A stretch of 63,766 nt of DNA from Octopus bimaculoides (lineage: Eukaryota), in the NCBI RefSeq assembly GCF_001194135.2, contig NC_068995.1, positions 19,679,376-19,743,141 on the forward strand, in the 5' to 3' direction. The notes beneath the pieces were generated by a model. The model was not told the origin of the DNA. It saw nothing but the letters and a program-made list of their open reading frames with translations, and did not search any database. The first letter of the stretch is position 1. The number at the start of each line of letters is the position of its first letter. The translations under genes were made by a program, and so were the position numbers. This document shows, piece after piece, positions 37,239-48,210 of this stretch.

Positions 37239-37300
<62 letters not shown>
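36455..37300 (+). mobile_element. 5'-truncated L1-clade (Tx1-like) LINE: ORF2 C-terminal zinc-knuckle, 3' UTR and (ATT)n tail
   Basis: DKRYRH..RACPRCAQYDETVLHVLVQFP..DLW is a zf-RVT-type CxxC..ETxxH motif. Continues AKEVVW*..FVERW and stops at 36918-36920, with an internal TGA at 36728 and a frameshift near 36765. AATAAA at ~37229 precedes the ATT repeat. Confidence 0.82.
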
Positions 37301-37302
<2 letters not shown>

Positions 37303-38515
37303 GCTATTGTTGTCATCGTCGTTGTTGTCATCATCACTGGAGTAGTTTTCAACAAACACGCCTTTTACAAGCGCAAGATTTTCTGAAAAATATCCAGTTA
37401 CTTTCCAAATTCGATAGATTTTTTATTTATTTATATATTTATTTATTTATTTTTGTGAAGTGCTTGTGGACCTCTTTGTACAGACTTGTACATTGTCTTC
37501 CCTTCTGAATTCTGTCTTTGTAGGTAAACAAGATTTTAAATTTTGAAATTTTTGATTTTTCTTCGGACAATTTCAAAAATAGATATAGTAAACGTAGCAA
37601 CCAGTGAGTTGATGGTAGCAAGGTCACAAAAAATATGGTAGCCCCATTAACGATTTGCATGAAATTAGAAGAGTAAATGATAGTTGACGAAAGCCAAACA
37701 TTTAACAACAACTTTCCCAGCATGGCCACCCAGAATGCTTCGAGCGAAGTGACTTCTTGCTTGAGTTACACATCCATGAACGGGCGAAGTGAGAAGTGAC
37801 GTATTGAGTGTTGAAAGAAGAGACCAAAACAAAAAAGATTAAAAGTAAAAGAAGCGGCATCTATTTGCGATGGATGCGTAAATGGTAGTGGCGTCAAAAG
37901 TCGGAATGGTGTGCGTATGGCAATTGTGGTGGCGATGGTGGTGTTACTAGTGATACTGATGGTTGAAAACAATCTACAGAAAGAGCGCGCGCGAGAGAGA
38001 GAGAGAGAGAAGAAACAATTGTACTGACTCCCGAATGAGAAGACAAAATATGTTGTTTATCATGCAGCTTTGCAATAAGTTCCAAGTCGACATCATATAT
38101 CATTGTTTTGATAAAAATTGTTCATTGCTTGAAAAATATTGTTCAAGTTTAATAAAATATATGTACTCAATGCATAACGTATCATTATTGGGCTCAAGTC
38201 CCAATGAAGAGCCTCCTATCGGGCGGCTTTAAGCTAGTATGCTAGTATATNNNNNNNNNNNNNNNNNNNNNNNNNNNNNNNNNNNNNNNNNNNNNNNNNN
38301 NNNNNNNNNNNNNNNNNNNNNNNNNNNNNNNNNNNNNNNNNNNNNNNNNNNNNNNNNNNNNNNNNNNNNNNNNNNNNNNNNNNNNNNNNNNNNNNNNNNN
38401 NNNNNNNNNNNNNNNNNNNNNNNNNNNNNNNNNNNNNNNNNNNNNNNNNNNNNNNNNNNNNNNNNNNNNNNNNNNNNNNNNNNNNNNNNNNNNNNNNNNN
38501 NNNNNNNNNNNNNNN

Positions 38516-38900
38516 CGAGCCTACACTCTTCCACAGAAAGGAACACAGAAAGAAACAAAGAGAGAAACAAGGAGAGAAAAAAATGTGTGTAGTGGTTAGC
38601 GATCTATCATGGCGAATGCCGGACAGAAGGGTCAGACAGGAGAGTTAAGAAGAAGGGGAGATAACAAAGTAGTAGTGATCGCAACACGAAGGTGCGCGTG
38701 TGTGAAAGAGTGCTGGTGATCTTGACCTGTGCACGTGTGTATGTGTAGGTGCGAAAATGTGGGGATGGGAATTGATCAGTGCTGGTGAGTGCGTGGCGGT
38801 GTGTTGTGATGTGATGTGTTGTGTGGTGTAGCGTGGTGTTGTGTGATAGTGTTGGGAGGTAGGTGAGGCGAGAGTGGGGAAAGCACGGGTGGAGTGCGGG
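38516..38900. mobile_element. Penelope-like terminal repeat family copy, starting at a gap edge
   Basis: CGAGCCTACACTCTTCCACAGAAAGG is shared with 49963-49995 (TTTCGAGCCTACACGCTTC) and followed by purine/GT-rich sequence. Confidence 0.4.
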
Positions 38901-40480
38901 TTATATATATACAGATAGATAGATAGCTAGAAAGAGAGAGAGTCATAGATAGAGACAGGCAGACAGATCTCTATAATTATCATTCAAGGGTGGCTCGTTG
39001 TGTGCGTGTGTCAAATAAAAACCAAGCCTCATCTGCAATAACAGTTCATACGGAATAATTCGTGTAGAAGTTGAAAAGAAGTCGTTCTCACACACAGTTT
39101 GTGTCACCGAGAGGCGAAGTTATTAAAAATATTATTGATACTTCTGGAATAAATCTTGTGCGTTACATGAAACATACGCACGCGCGTGCGTGCGCGCACA
39201 TGTATATGTATGCATACACATATGTGTAAACATACACATATGTATATGTGTGTGTGTGCGCGCGCATATATATGTATATACATATGAATGCGTCTCTTTC
39301 CTTCTTTCTCTTTTTTAATATTTTTTGACATATTAGTGCGTTTGTATTTTCGTATTCGTTTGCAAGCGTACTCACAAGTGGAAATGTGTGCACGTATGTA
39401 TAAGCATGTGCGTGTATATATATGCATATATATATATGTATATATGTATGTGTGCATGTGATGATGTTAGGAGACAATTAAAATTGTGATCTCCCAATAT
39501 AATTACTAAAATTAAACGACGTTAACATTATGATGAGTGTGGACATCATGTTGTGAATAACATCATCTAAAACGCAACAGCTCAGAGAGGTTTCTTCAAT
39601 AAGTGTCAGGTGTATATTGAAAATTGGCACAAAACCGATCAGGTTTTCTTTGCCATCTAGGAATGGCTGCTTTAGCTATCGAATTAGCTTGGAACTACTT
39701 CTAAAGTTGAAATCTGGTTGTCACGCAAAATATAAACTTTCTCAGTTTGACATTACTAAAAACAGATTATTATTTTTTTTTTATTTTGTTTTTGTTGTTA
39801 CTTCGATTAATGTCTTCTATATTTCTTTATGCTTGGATGGTAGTACAATCGTGGTTACTGAAGGAAATATATTAGTCAGTCTGTTATATTATTCTTCTAA
39901 GTTCAAATCTCACAAATGTTGACTTTGGATTTAATCTCAATTTCTTTTTTACAATATACAGTACTATCATAAACATCATCATCATCAACGTTCTGTTTCC
40001 CGTCTTTGTCATCTTCATCGTCAGCTGCTATAGATATTAAAGTGAGAAAATATCTACGTAATAACTCAGATTGTTGGATATTTACGTTAAATCACAAACC
40101 AAAATCTTATATAAGACAGTAACATACTCGATTTAGATAACCCTAAACTGTAGGATGGTCCTTACAGGAAACCCTTTGACTAGAGAGCTCTTCAATCAGG
40201 ATCCCGTTTTTAAAAACCATATCAGTTGCGTGTGTCAATGAGGGAGCTTCTCCTTGGCCAATCGAACACTTAGATATACCAGCCAAATTTCCCTCAAAAG
40301 TGAATGGAAGGGGAAAATTCAATGTTTCTCTGAACGTTAAAAGTTCAGATACGGATCATCATGGCTGCAGCATATTCTATTATAGCTCTGCGCAGTGCGA
40401 GTTTCGCTAGCGCTATAGACAAAATAACTAGTAGAATATCAATAGAAACTACAATCTCAAAGAATCATTAAATCTGCATA

Positions 40481-41384
40481 CGTGGTCCGATCAATAAGTA
40501 TTCGGACTATTACCATAGTAACGAAGCTAAAGCACGCAGAGTAAAGCTGCTTGGTACAGATTGACCTTGATTTTTGCTGCGCATGTGCAATAAGCTTTAA
40601 CGTTCTAGCTTACTTCTGCTGTTTACAATGCTTGGAAGACAGGTGTGTAGCGCGTGATCGTCGCATTGAACATGACAGGGTAAGTTGAGCAGAGAATCTA
40701 CTTCGAATCTTGCCAAAAGCTTAGTGATACCTGCTAAGAGGCCTATGCAAAGTTCTCAAACACTTTCATCATTCTCGAGTCACTCAAGAGGATCTTGTGC
40801 AACTCAAACCCGAGTGCTTTCTTGGTCAGCTGAAAGCAGTTTTGGCACAAACTTAGCAGACATGCATCTCATACCCATATATTCACTGATAATGGGCGGA
40901 ACTGAACTGTAATTAATCTTCACATTCTCTGATCACTCAGGGATGGTGATTCGGCTATTTTCCCTCACAGCTACATGCACATCTGCAATGTTGTTCTCAG
41001 CTCTGCTGGTTGAGGGTCTCCCAGAACATTCGTCAATATCGACATTTTGTCGCCCATCTTGGAAACGCCTGAACCACTCGTACACTTTTGTGCGGTTCAT
41101 ACATTCTTCTGTATACACTTTCTGCAGCTTTGAGTAGGCCTCTGACTAGGTATCGCCAGTCAGAGACTTTCTCTGTCATGGTCAATGCAACAATCACACG
41201 CAACACACCTTCCTTGCAAGCACTGCTGTAAACTGCAGTAGTGAGCTAGAACGTTAAAGCTTAGTGCACATGCACAGCAGAGTCCAAGGTGAGTCCAAGG
41301 TCAACCTGTGCCTAGTGACTTTACTCTGCGTGCTTTAGCTTCGTTACTATGGAGACAGTCCTGATACTTATTGATCAGAGCTCA
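40481..41384. mobile_element. mariner-derived non-autonomous element made of two inverted 5' ends (904 bp)
   Basis: TA flanks at 40479-80 and 41385-86. Ends CGTGGTCCGATCAATAAGTATTCGGACT and (rc) TGAGCTCTGATCAATAAGTATCAGGACT. Both arms carry the 5' UTR and ATGACAG start. The minus arm encodes VYEWFRRFQDGRQNV..SGRPSTS..ITI and SAKFVPKLLS.DQ. Confidence 0.92.
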
Positions 41385-41422
41385 TATTTATCAAATCTGA
41401 GCGTTTTAAAAAATAATCATTA

Positions 41423-41587
41423 GGAGTGCCTGTGTGGTACGTAGCTTGCTAACGAACCACATGGTTCCGGGTTCAGTCCCACTGTGTGGCACCTTGAGCA
41501 AGTGTCTTCTACTATACCGTCGGGCTGATCAAAGCCTTGTGAGTGGATTTGGTAGACGGAAACTGAAAGAAGCCTGTCGTATATATG

Positions 41588-41619
<32 letters not shown>

Positions 41620-41926
41620 NNNNNNNNNNNNNNNNNNNNNNNNNNNNNNNNNNNNNNNNNNNNNNNNNNNNNNNNNNNNNNNNNNNNNNNNNNNNNNNNN
41701 NNNNNNNNNNNNNNNNNNNNNNNNNNNNNNNNNNNNNGTGTGTGTGTATGTGTGTGTGTGTGTGCGTGTGTGTGTGTCTGTGTTAGTCCCCCAACATCGC
41801 TTGACAACCGATAGAATAAGTACTAGGCTTACAAAGAATAAGTCCTGGGGTTGATTTGCTCAACTAAGCGCGGTGCTCCAGCATGGCCATAGTCAAATGA
41901 CTGAAACAGGTAAAAGAGTAAAAGAG
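41423..41926 (+). mobile_element. SINE family A, near full length, internal (TA)n/(TG)n spanning a gap
   Basis: tRNA-like head with B box GGTTCAGTCCC, CORE-like GGCACCTTGAGCAAGT, tail GCGGTGCTCCAGCATGGCCATAGTCAAATGACTGAAACAGGTAAAAGAGTAAAAGAG. Confidence 0.93.
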
Positions 41927-42081
41927 TTGTTATCGTTGCTCTTATTGTTGATTTTTAGCCCTAGTACATCCACGAGGGAACATGTTTACAATTTAATGCA
42001 TTCTAGCCGTGACCATCCTACATCTGCAACGCCATCCTCTCATTCATTACGAGTACGCTGTATTTAAATATCATAAATAGC

Positions 42082-42209
42082 TTTAAGGCAGTGACATGAC
42101 GGAATTGTTAGCATGCCGGCCAAAACTCTAAGCGGCATTTCGTCCGTCTTCAAATTCTGAGTTCAATTTCCGCCGAGGTTGACTTTGACTTTCATCTTTT
42201 CGGATGATA
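42082..42209 (+). mobile_element. SINE family B 5' half
   Basis: AAGGCAGTGACATGACGGAATTGTTAGC..TTCTGAGTTCAATTTCCGCCGAGGTTGACTTTGACTTTCATC. Confidence 0.85.
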
Positions 42210-42687
42210 ATAATGACGATGATGCACTGTTTATAATGTACTAAATACAAATTAAATTGAGATTAAACCCAAAGATATATTTGTGAACATTTGATCCTGT
42301 GCATGTTGAAGTTGAATGAATGCCCTTCGTCTCTCACTGTGGTGGAGACTGGATCCAGTGTTAAAGAGAAGATGTTCAATCATTACTCATGATGAACGTT
42401 GATATTTGACTTGAACAATCTGAATAGACGTAGCTCAGTGTTTGCAGAAAATGCTTATACAGGGAGATAATTCCAAATAATTCTTGTTCTTGAAAATAAG
42501 TATTATGGAAGGCGAGTCACTGTTACTGTGAGGAAAAGAGTGGGAAGGGAGATTCTCCGGCTCTGTGTAGAGACTATAAGAAGTTAGCAAAATCAGAAGG
42601 ACAAAATTTGTGTATCTGTATAAGTACTATACTGTAACTCTACATATGCCCCTGGGTTTCGTCTGTTATTTTCATCTGTCGTTTAAA

Positions 42688-43102
42688 TGTTTCAGTCATT
42701 GGACTGCAGCCATGCCAAGGTACTGCCTTGAAGAACTTTTAGTCCCTGAATCGATACCAGTACTTGTTTTTTTCTTTTAAGTCTGATACTTATGCTACCG
42801 GTCGCTTTTTACCGCGTCGCTAAGTTATGTGGACGTAAACAAAGCAACACCAGTTGAAAAGCTATTGTGGGGGAGAAGCGCAGACACAAATACACATACA
42901 CATACATACGCACGTACACACATATACACACGCACAGACGCATGTGTGCGTGTACGATGAGGCTTCTTTCGGTTTCTGTCTACCTAATCCACTCACAACG
43001 CTTTGGTCGGGCCGAGTAGAAGACATTTGACCAAAGTGCCAAGCAGTGGGACTGAACGCGGAACCATGTGATTGGGAAGCAAGCTTCTTACCACAGAACC
43101 AC
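42688..43102 (-). mobile_element. SINE family A, full length
   Basis: Tail GTTTCAGTCATTGGACTGCAGCCATGCC, internal CA repeat, head GTGGGACTGAACGCGGAACCATGTGATTGGGAAGCAAGCTTCTTACCAC. Confidence 0.9.
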
Positions 43103-43691
43103 AATAAGTGTATTCCCTTTATCCACGGCAAGCGCTCACATACACACACACAAACACACAGGAAAAGACAGACTGAATGGGGGAGAGAGATAAGCTTAGA
43201 GCAACTTGTACGTACTACAATGATAAACAGGCACTGCCGATAGTCATTTCCATATTAATTGATTCTTTGTAAGCGAATAAATTAACTTAAGTTTTCAGAC
43301 ATTTTTTTTTTTTAGATAATTTGCAAATTAATGTTGATGAATACGTTTAATAAACATGCACAGCCGCGCTGAGGAAGACAAACCACGTGGTATACGTGGG
43401 GACGCTCTGTTTATTAATGTATGCAGGAAATATATTTATACCTTATCTATATACATACATACANNNNNNNNNNNNNNNNNNNNNNNNNNNNNNNNNNNNN
43501 NNNNNNNNNNNNNNNNNNNNNNNNNNNNNNNNNNNNNNNNNNNNNNNNNNNNNNNNNNNNNNNNNNNNNNNNNNNNNNNNNNNNNNNNNNNNNNNNNNNN
43601 NNNNNNNNNNNNNNNNNNNNNNNNNNNNNNNTATATATATTATATATGTATGTATGTATATAGATAAGGTATAAATATATTTCCTGCATAC

Positions 43692-43726
<35 letters not shown>

Positions 43727-44028
43727 CCATAACACATACACATGTACGCACATAAACACGCACATGCATACGTATATATCTCCACACTGACTTCTATGCA
43801 TGCACATACTAAAACATGCAATAATCACACACGCAGTAACACATATATATAAAACGGACTCATATTTACATGTTTATACATTTGTCTCTTTGTGTTTATT
43901 GTCTTTATATATTTGTCTCTTTGTGTTTATGCAGCAGAGTGTGACTGAGGAAGTAAGTGAGAGAGAGGGAGAGATCTAGAATGAAAAATGTGGGACGAAG
44001 AATTAATACTCAGAGATGATATATATAT

Positions 44029-44072
<44 letters not shown>

Positions 44073-45849
44073 ATACAGAAAGAAAGGGAGAATGAAGACA
44101 GAGAGAAACGGGAAAATGTGATATATTACTATTTACGTAGATTTCTTCTGCAACACATCCAGTAGAGGAAATGTGTGAAATTTAGACTTCGGAGAGTCAT
44201 TTGTCCAAGTGTGTTACTGAAAAGCAAATTATTGCCGTCAAATCTCAGGAATTAGTTTCGGAAATGTTCTAGTCAGCATACATTCAGCAGATGGTTCTGT
44301 ATTATGATGAACGTCAAACACATATGGAAAATATTTAATACAGCGTATCATTGCAATGTTCCTAGCACTGAGGCATTTGTATGAATGACAAAATAACTTA
44401 AACGTCTGTATGTGTGTCCGTGAGCTTGTGTATGCGTATTGTGAGAAGCAGAGAGTAAGAGAGAGAGAGAGAGAGAGAGAAGGACAGGAAAAAGAAAGAT
44501 ACATGAACCTATGTACACACACACATATGTATATATATACATATATATGCATACCTACAAATACATACACACACGCACATACACACATACACAGACACAC
44601 ACACAAACACATTCACATACTCACACTCATGCAAATACACACNNNNNNNNNNNNNNNNNNNNNNNNNNNNNNNNNNNNNNNNNNNNNNNNNNNNNNNNNN
44701 NNNNNNNNNNNNNNNNNNNNNNNNNNNNNNNNNNNNNNNNNNNNNNNNNNNNNNNNNNNNNNNNNNNNNNNNNNNNNNNNNNNNNNNNNNNNNNNNNNNN
44801 NNNNNNNNNNNNNNNNNNNNNNNNNNNGTGGGGGGGGTATGCATTTATGTATGTATGTATGTATGTATACACTCATATATATACATATATATGCATACCT
44901 ACAAATACATACACACACGCACATACACACATACACAGACACACACACAAACACATTCACATACTCACACTCATGCAAATACACACTTCTATATAAATTA
45001 AAAAAGTAAACGGAACATCGTCGATTTCGACGATGACTATCCAGTGGTTCGTTTTATTTAAATATCTGCTCATCATATAAGCGTCTAAATCATATGAATA
45101 TTCAACAAACCGATGTGTGCTCGAGATTATTTCAATCAGAATGTAATACAAGAATGCAATACAAGATGTCACAAGAATGGACTTCAGAGTTACTATTCTA
45201 ACCCATCAGATGGGTTGTCGAGTCTCCAATTTTAAGCAGAAAAACGGCGTCGTTCGAAAAGTTTGGCAAAATTTATTTGCCCAAGATGATACACAGTAGA
45301 ATCGAAGTAGTAGACTCAATGAATCTGAAGTAATCTTTTAAACCCTTTGGCCACGATGCGTCCATGTGAGTAAGTTAATTTGTCTACTTGTGTATATGTG
45401 TACGAGAGTCTCTGTTTAAGAATATACGTGTGTGAGAGTGTGTGTGTGTGTGAAAAAGAGAGTGTGTGTATTCGTGTTTGTGCGCGCACGTGTGTGAGTG
45501 TTTGTGTGTGTATGTGTGTGCGTGTGAGTTTGTGTGCTTGTGTGTGTTTGTGCTTCTTGCATACTTGTTTGTTCACATGTGTATGCATACAGCAACTAAC
45601 ACGTTACTGCTATAATTTACGAACATGCCCTGCGTGTGCTTATATATGTTAGTGAATTTATGAGTGTGCGTGTCTGAGTGCGCGCGCTTTTCTATCTGCG
45701 GATGCTGGTTTATTTTCGTAGTATCTATTCTTTTATGACGATAGAATTCAAACATCAAGCATTGAACTATTTGGGCTTTTCTTACATTCACACAGACACG
45801 CGCACACACGCGCACACACACACACACACACGCACACACACACACACAC

Positions 45850-45880
<31 letters not shown>

Positions 45881-46039
45881 TATGTATATGTATGTATACA
45901 TATATATTGTCAGATGTATTTATCACTATATCATTGTACAGACAAGACAAATCGGCTATTATCATTAGACTGCTGGTCACAATGTATTTCACTGCAATGT
46001 TCTGGCCTTTTGAATGGGACAAAGCTACTGTCTATACAG

Positions 46040-46225
46040 GAAGGCCAGCTACCCACCCTTAAAGGAATGCCAGTGATCGCAGGGCTATCCATTGACAACT
46101 GAGTGGACTTGGCTACCGTGAAAGGAAACGTTCTGCTCAAGAACACAGCGCGTCGCCGGTCTGGTCTACGAAACCACGATATTGTGATTGTGAGTTCAAC
46201 ATCCTGACCCTTAGGTCATGTACCT
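46040..46225 (-). mobile_element. tRNA-headed SINE (family C), diverged
   Basis: Reverse complement gives tRNA-like head, then GTGTTCTTGAGCAGAACGTTTCC..CAAGTCCACTCAGTTG. Confidence 0.55.
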
Positions 46226-47583
46226 TCTCACACCCACACACACAGTTTTACTTAAATTCCTATGTACATGGATAGGGACGATGGCTTCTGCCTTAAAAGT
46301 TACCTTCGTGTAAATAGGCAACAGCCATAACAGCTTGTTTTCTAACTTAGTGTATATGAATGTATATTTTTCAGTGTATCTTCCCTTTTAAGATACGAGT
46401 ATTTAATTTTAGAGAATCTTGACTACTCCATCTAACAGATCTAACGACTGCACAGAGGTTCATGCGATGACCTAATGCATTATATGAAACCACGTTCTTA
46501 CCATGAAAATTGCTCCTCTGAATAAGCTGGCTTCAGACAAACAACGCCCAATTTCCCTCAACAACCGCCTTCCTCACCCTTTCGTTACTATATTTTATAT
46601 CTTGATGTTATTTTAAATATTGTTGTGCAATACTGTTTCTGGAGCTCATAAATGCAGCATTTCATTCCTAGTTAAGATGTAAAAAAAACATTATTAGAAC
46701 TAAAACTAAATTTAATATGATATTGTGATTAAGTCAACTGGGCGATTTGTGACGGGATAAACTGCATGCAATGCGTAGTAACTCTTTATATGTCATCGAC
46801 GCTGAAACTTTTCAGTCTAGCTTTTCGAAATATTAATTTCGTTAATAATTTTGTAATTTCACTGTCACTGACATGTGTATGCGTAGTTTAGTTTCAGGTG
46901 AATGTTTATGAATAAGATTTTTATAACATAATGTTAAAAGAAAATCTGTTTTTCAAATTCATCACATGTCACGTAAAACCTGGAGGTGTGTTTCCTGACA
47001 AATATGTCATTAGTTGGGCATAAATATCCAAGATCTGTCCAGCAACACAATTTTGACCTTGAGGAAGCTCAAATCACTTTGAGTGAGCTTTTATCAAACG
47101 GAAAGTCAAATCAAATATCGTGTTAGAGAATTGATTAGACTCTTATTATATCACTACTGGTAATGTTGACGGCAGCAAAATGATAAGTGCTATTTGTTCC
47201 TGACCTAATACGAGCTTACTGGCGTGAAGAACTGAAAAACATGAAAGTATCCTTGCACTGAAACTGTAGTGATTTTATAATGCCTCTCAAACTAATTAAT
47301 TGGAAACTGCAAGATGTTTCGAGGTCAATGAAACTGCTTACTGCTATAATTGTTGTCTGAAGATGACGGATAAAAGCATTACAGCATAAAAGAAGCAACA
47401 CGACAGCCACATCCGAACTTCAATACATATACTAACATATCTACTATCACATTTCACTTCATCAGGTCTTGCATCCTCATCCAACAGCACGCACAAACAT
47501 AGCAGTTCTTACATTCGTACGCGCGCGCACACCCCATACGACACAGAAAGGCTCACATACATACAAATATACAAAAAAACTTT

Positions 47584-47735
47584 ATGTTGTGAGTTCAAAT
47601 TCCGCATAGGTCTACTTAGCCTTTCGTCCTTCGGGCTCGATAAATTAAGTACTAGTTCCGTAACTGGGGTCGATCTAATCGACTGGTCCCCTCCCCCAAA
47701 ATTTCGGGCCTTGGTCCTAGAGTAGAAAAAAAATA
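47584..47735 (+). mobile_element. SINE family B, alternative tail (CCTCCCCCAAAATTTCGGGCCTTG)
   Basis: GAGTTCAAATTCCGC..CTCGATAAATTAAGTACTAG..CTGGGGTCGATCTAATCGACTGG. Confidence 0.88.
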
Positions 47736-47977
47736 TTAAACCAATAATTAAGAAACAATAAAATAGAAGTCCAAAATCATGAACAGATCTTCCTACTAAC
47801 AATTAAATCATTAGAGACCAAAAAGTTAATAATAGTCACAATCATTGTGCATTTTTTAAAAAAGAAACACTGAAAATATGACGATTTCATAAAGCACACT
47901 CACAGACGCACACTCTCTCTCTTTCTTTTTCTCTCTTTCTCACACACACATGCATGCACACATGCGCGCACACATTA

Positions 47978-48210
47978 GGCGGCGAGCTGGCAGAAACGTT
48001 AGCACGCCGGGCGAAGTGCTCAGCGGTATTTCGTCTGCCCGCTACGTTCTGAGTTCAAATTCCGCCGAGGTTGACTTTGCCTTTCATCCTTTCGGGGTCG
48101 ATTAAATAAGTACCAGTTACGCACTGGGGTCGATATAATCGATTTAATCCGTTTGTCTGTCCTTGTTTGTCCCCTCTGTGTATAGCCCTTTGTGGGTAGT
48201 AAAGAAATAA
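47978..48210 (+). mobile_element. SINE family B, full length, young-looking, Tx1-type tail
   Basis: GGCGGCGAGCTGGCAGAAACGTTAG (A box), GAGTTCAAATTCC (B box), GACTTTGCCTTTCATCCTTTCGGGGTCGAT, tail TAGCCCTTTGTGGGTAGTAAAGAAATAA. Confidence 0.93.

Noticed and set aside
37439-37729. 96-aa hydrophobic minus-strand ORF, possibly a membrane protein
   Set aside because: Hydrophobicity follows from T-rich composition; no receptor motif or splice support.
46496-46520. Minus-strand ATG|gtaaga mini-exon
   Set aside because: Weak acceptor, 16-nt length, and it abuts a family D repeat.
47978-48065. tRNA gene
   Set aside because: A/B boxes are present, but the sequence continues into a SINE body found in many copies. 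It is a tRNA-derived SINE head with no full cloverleaf.
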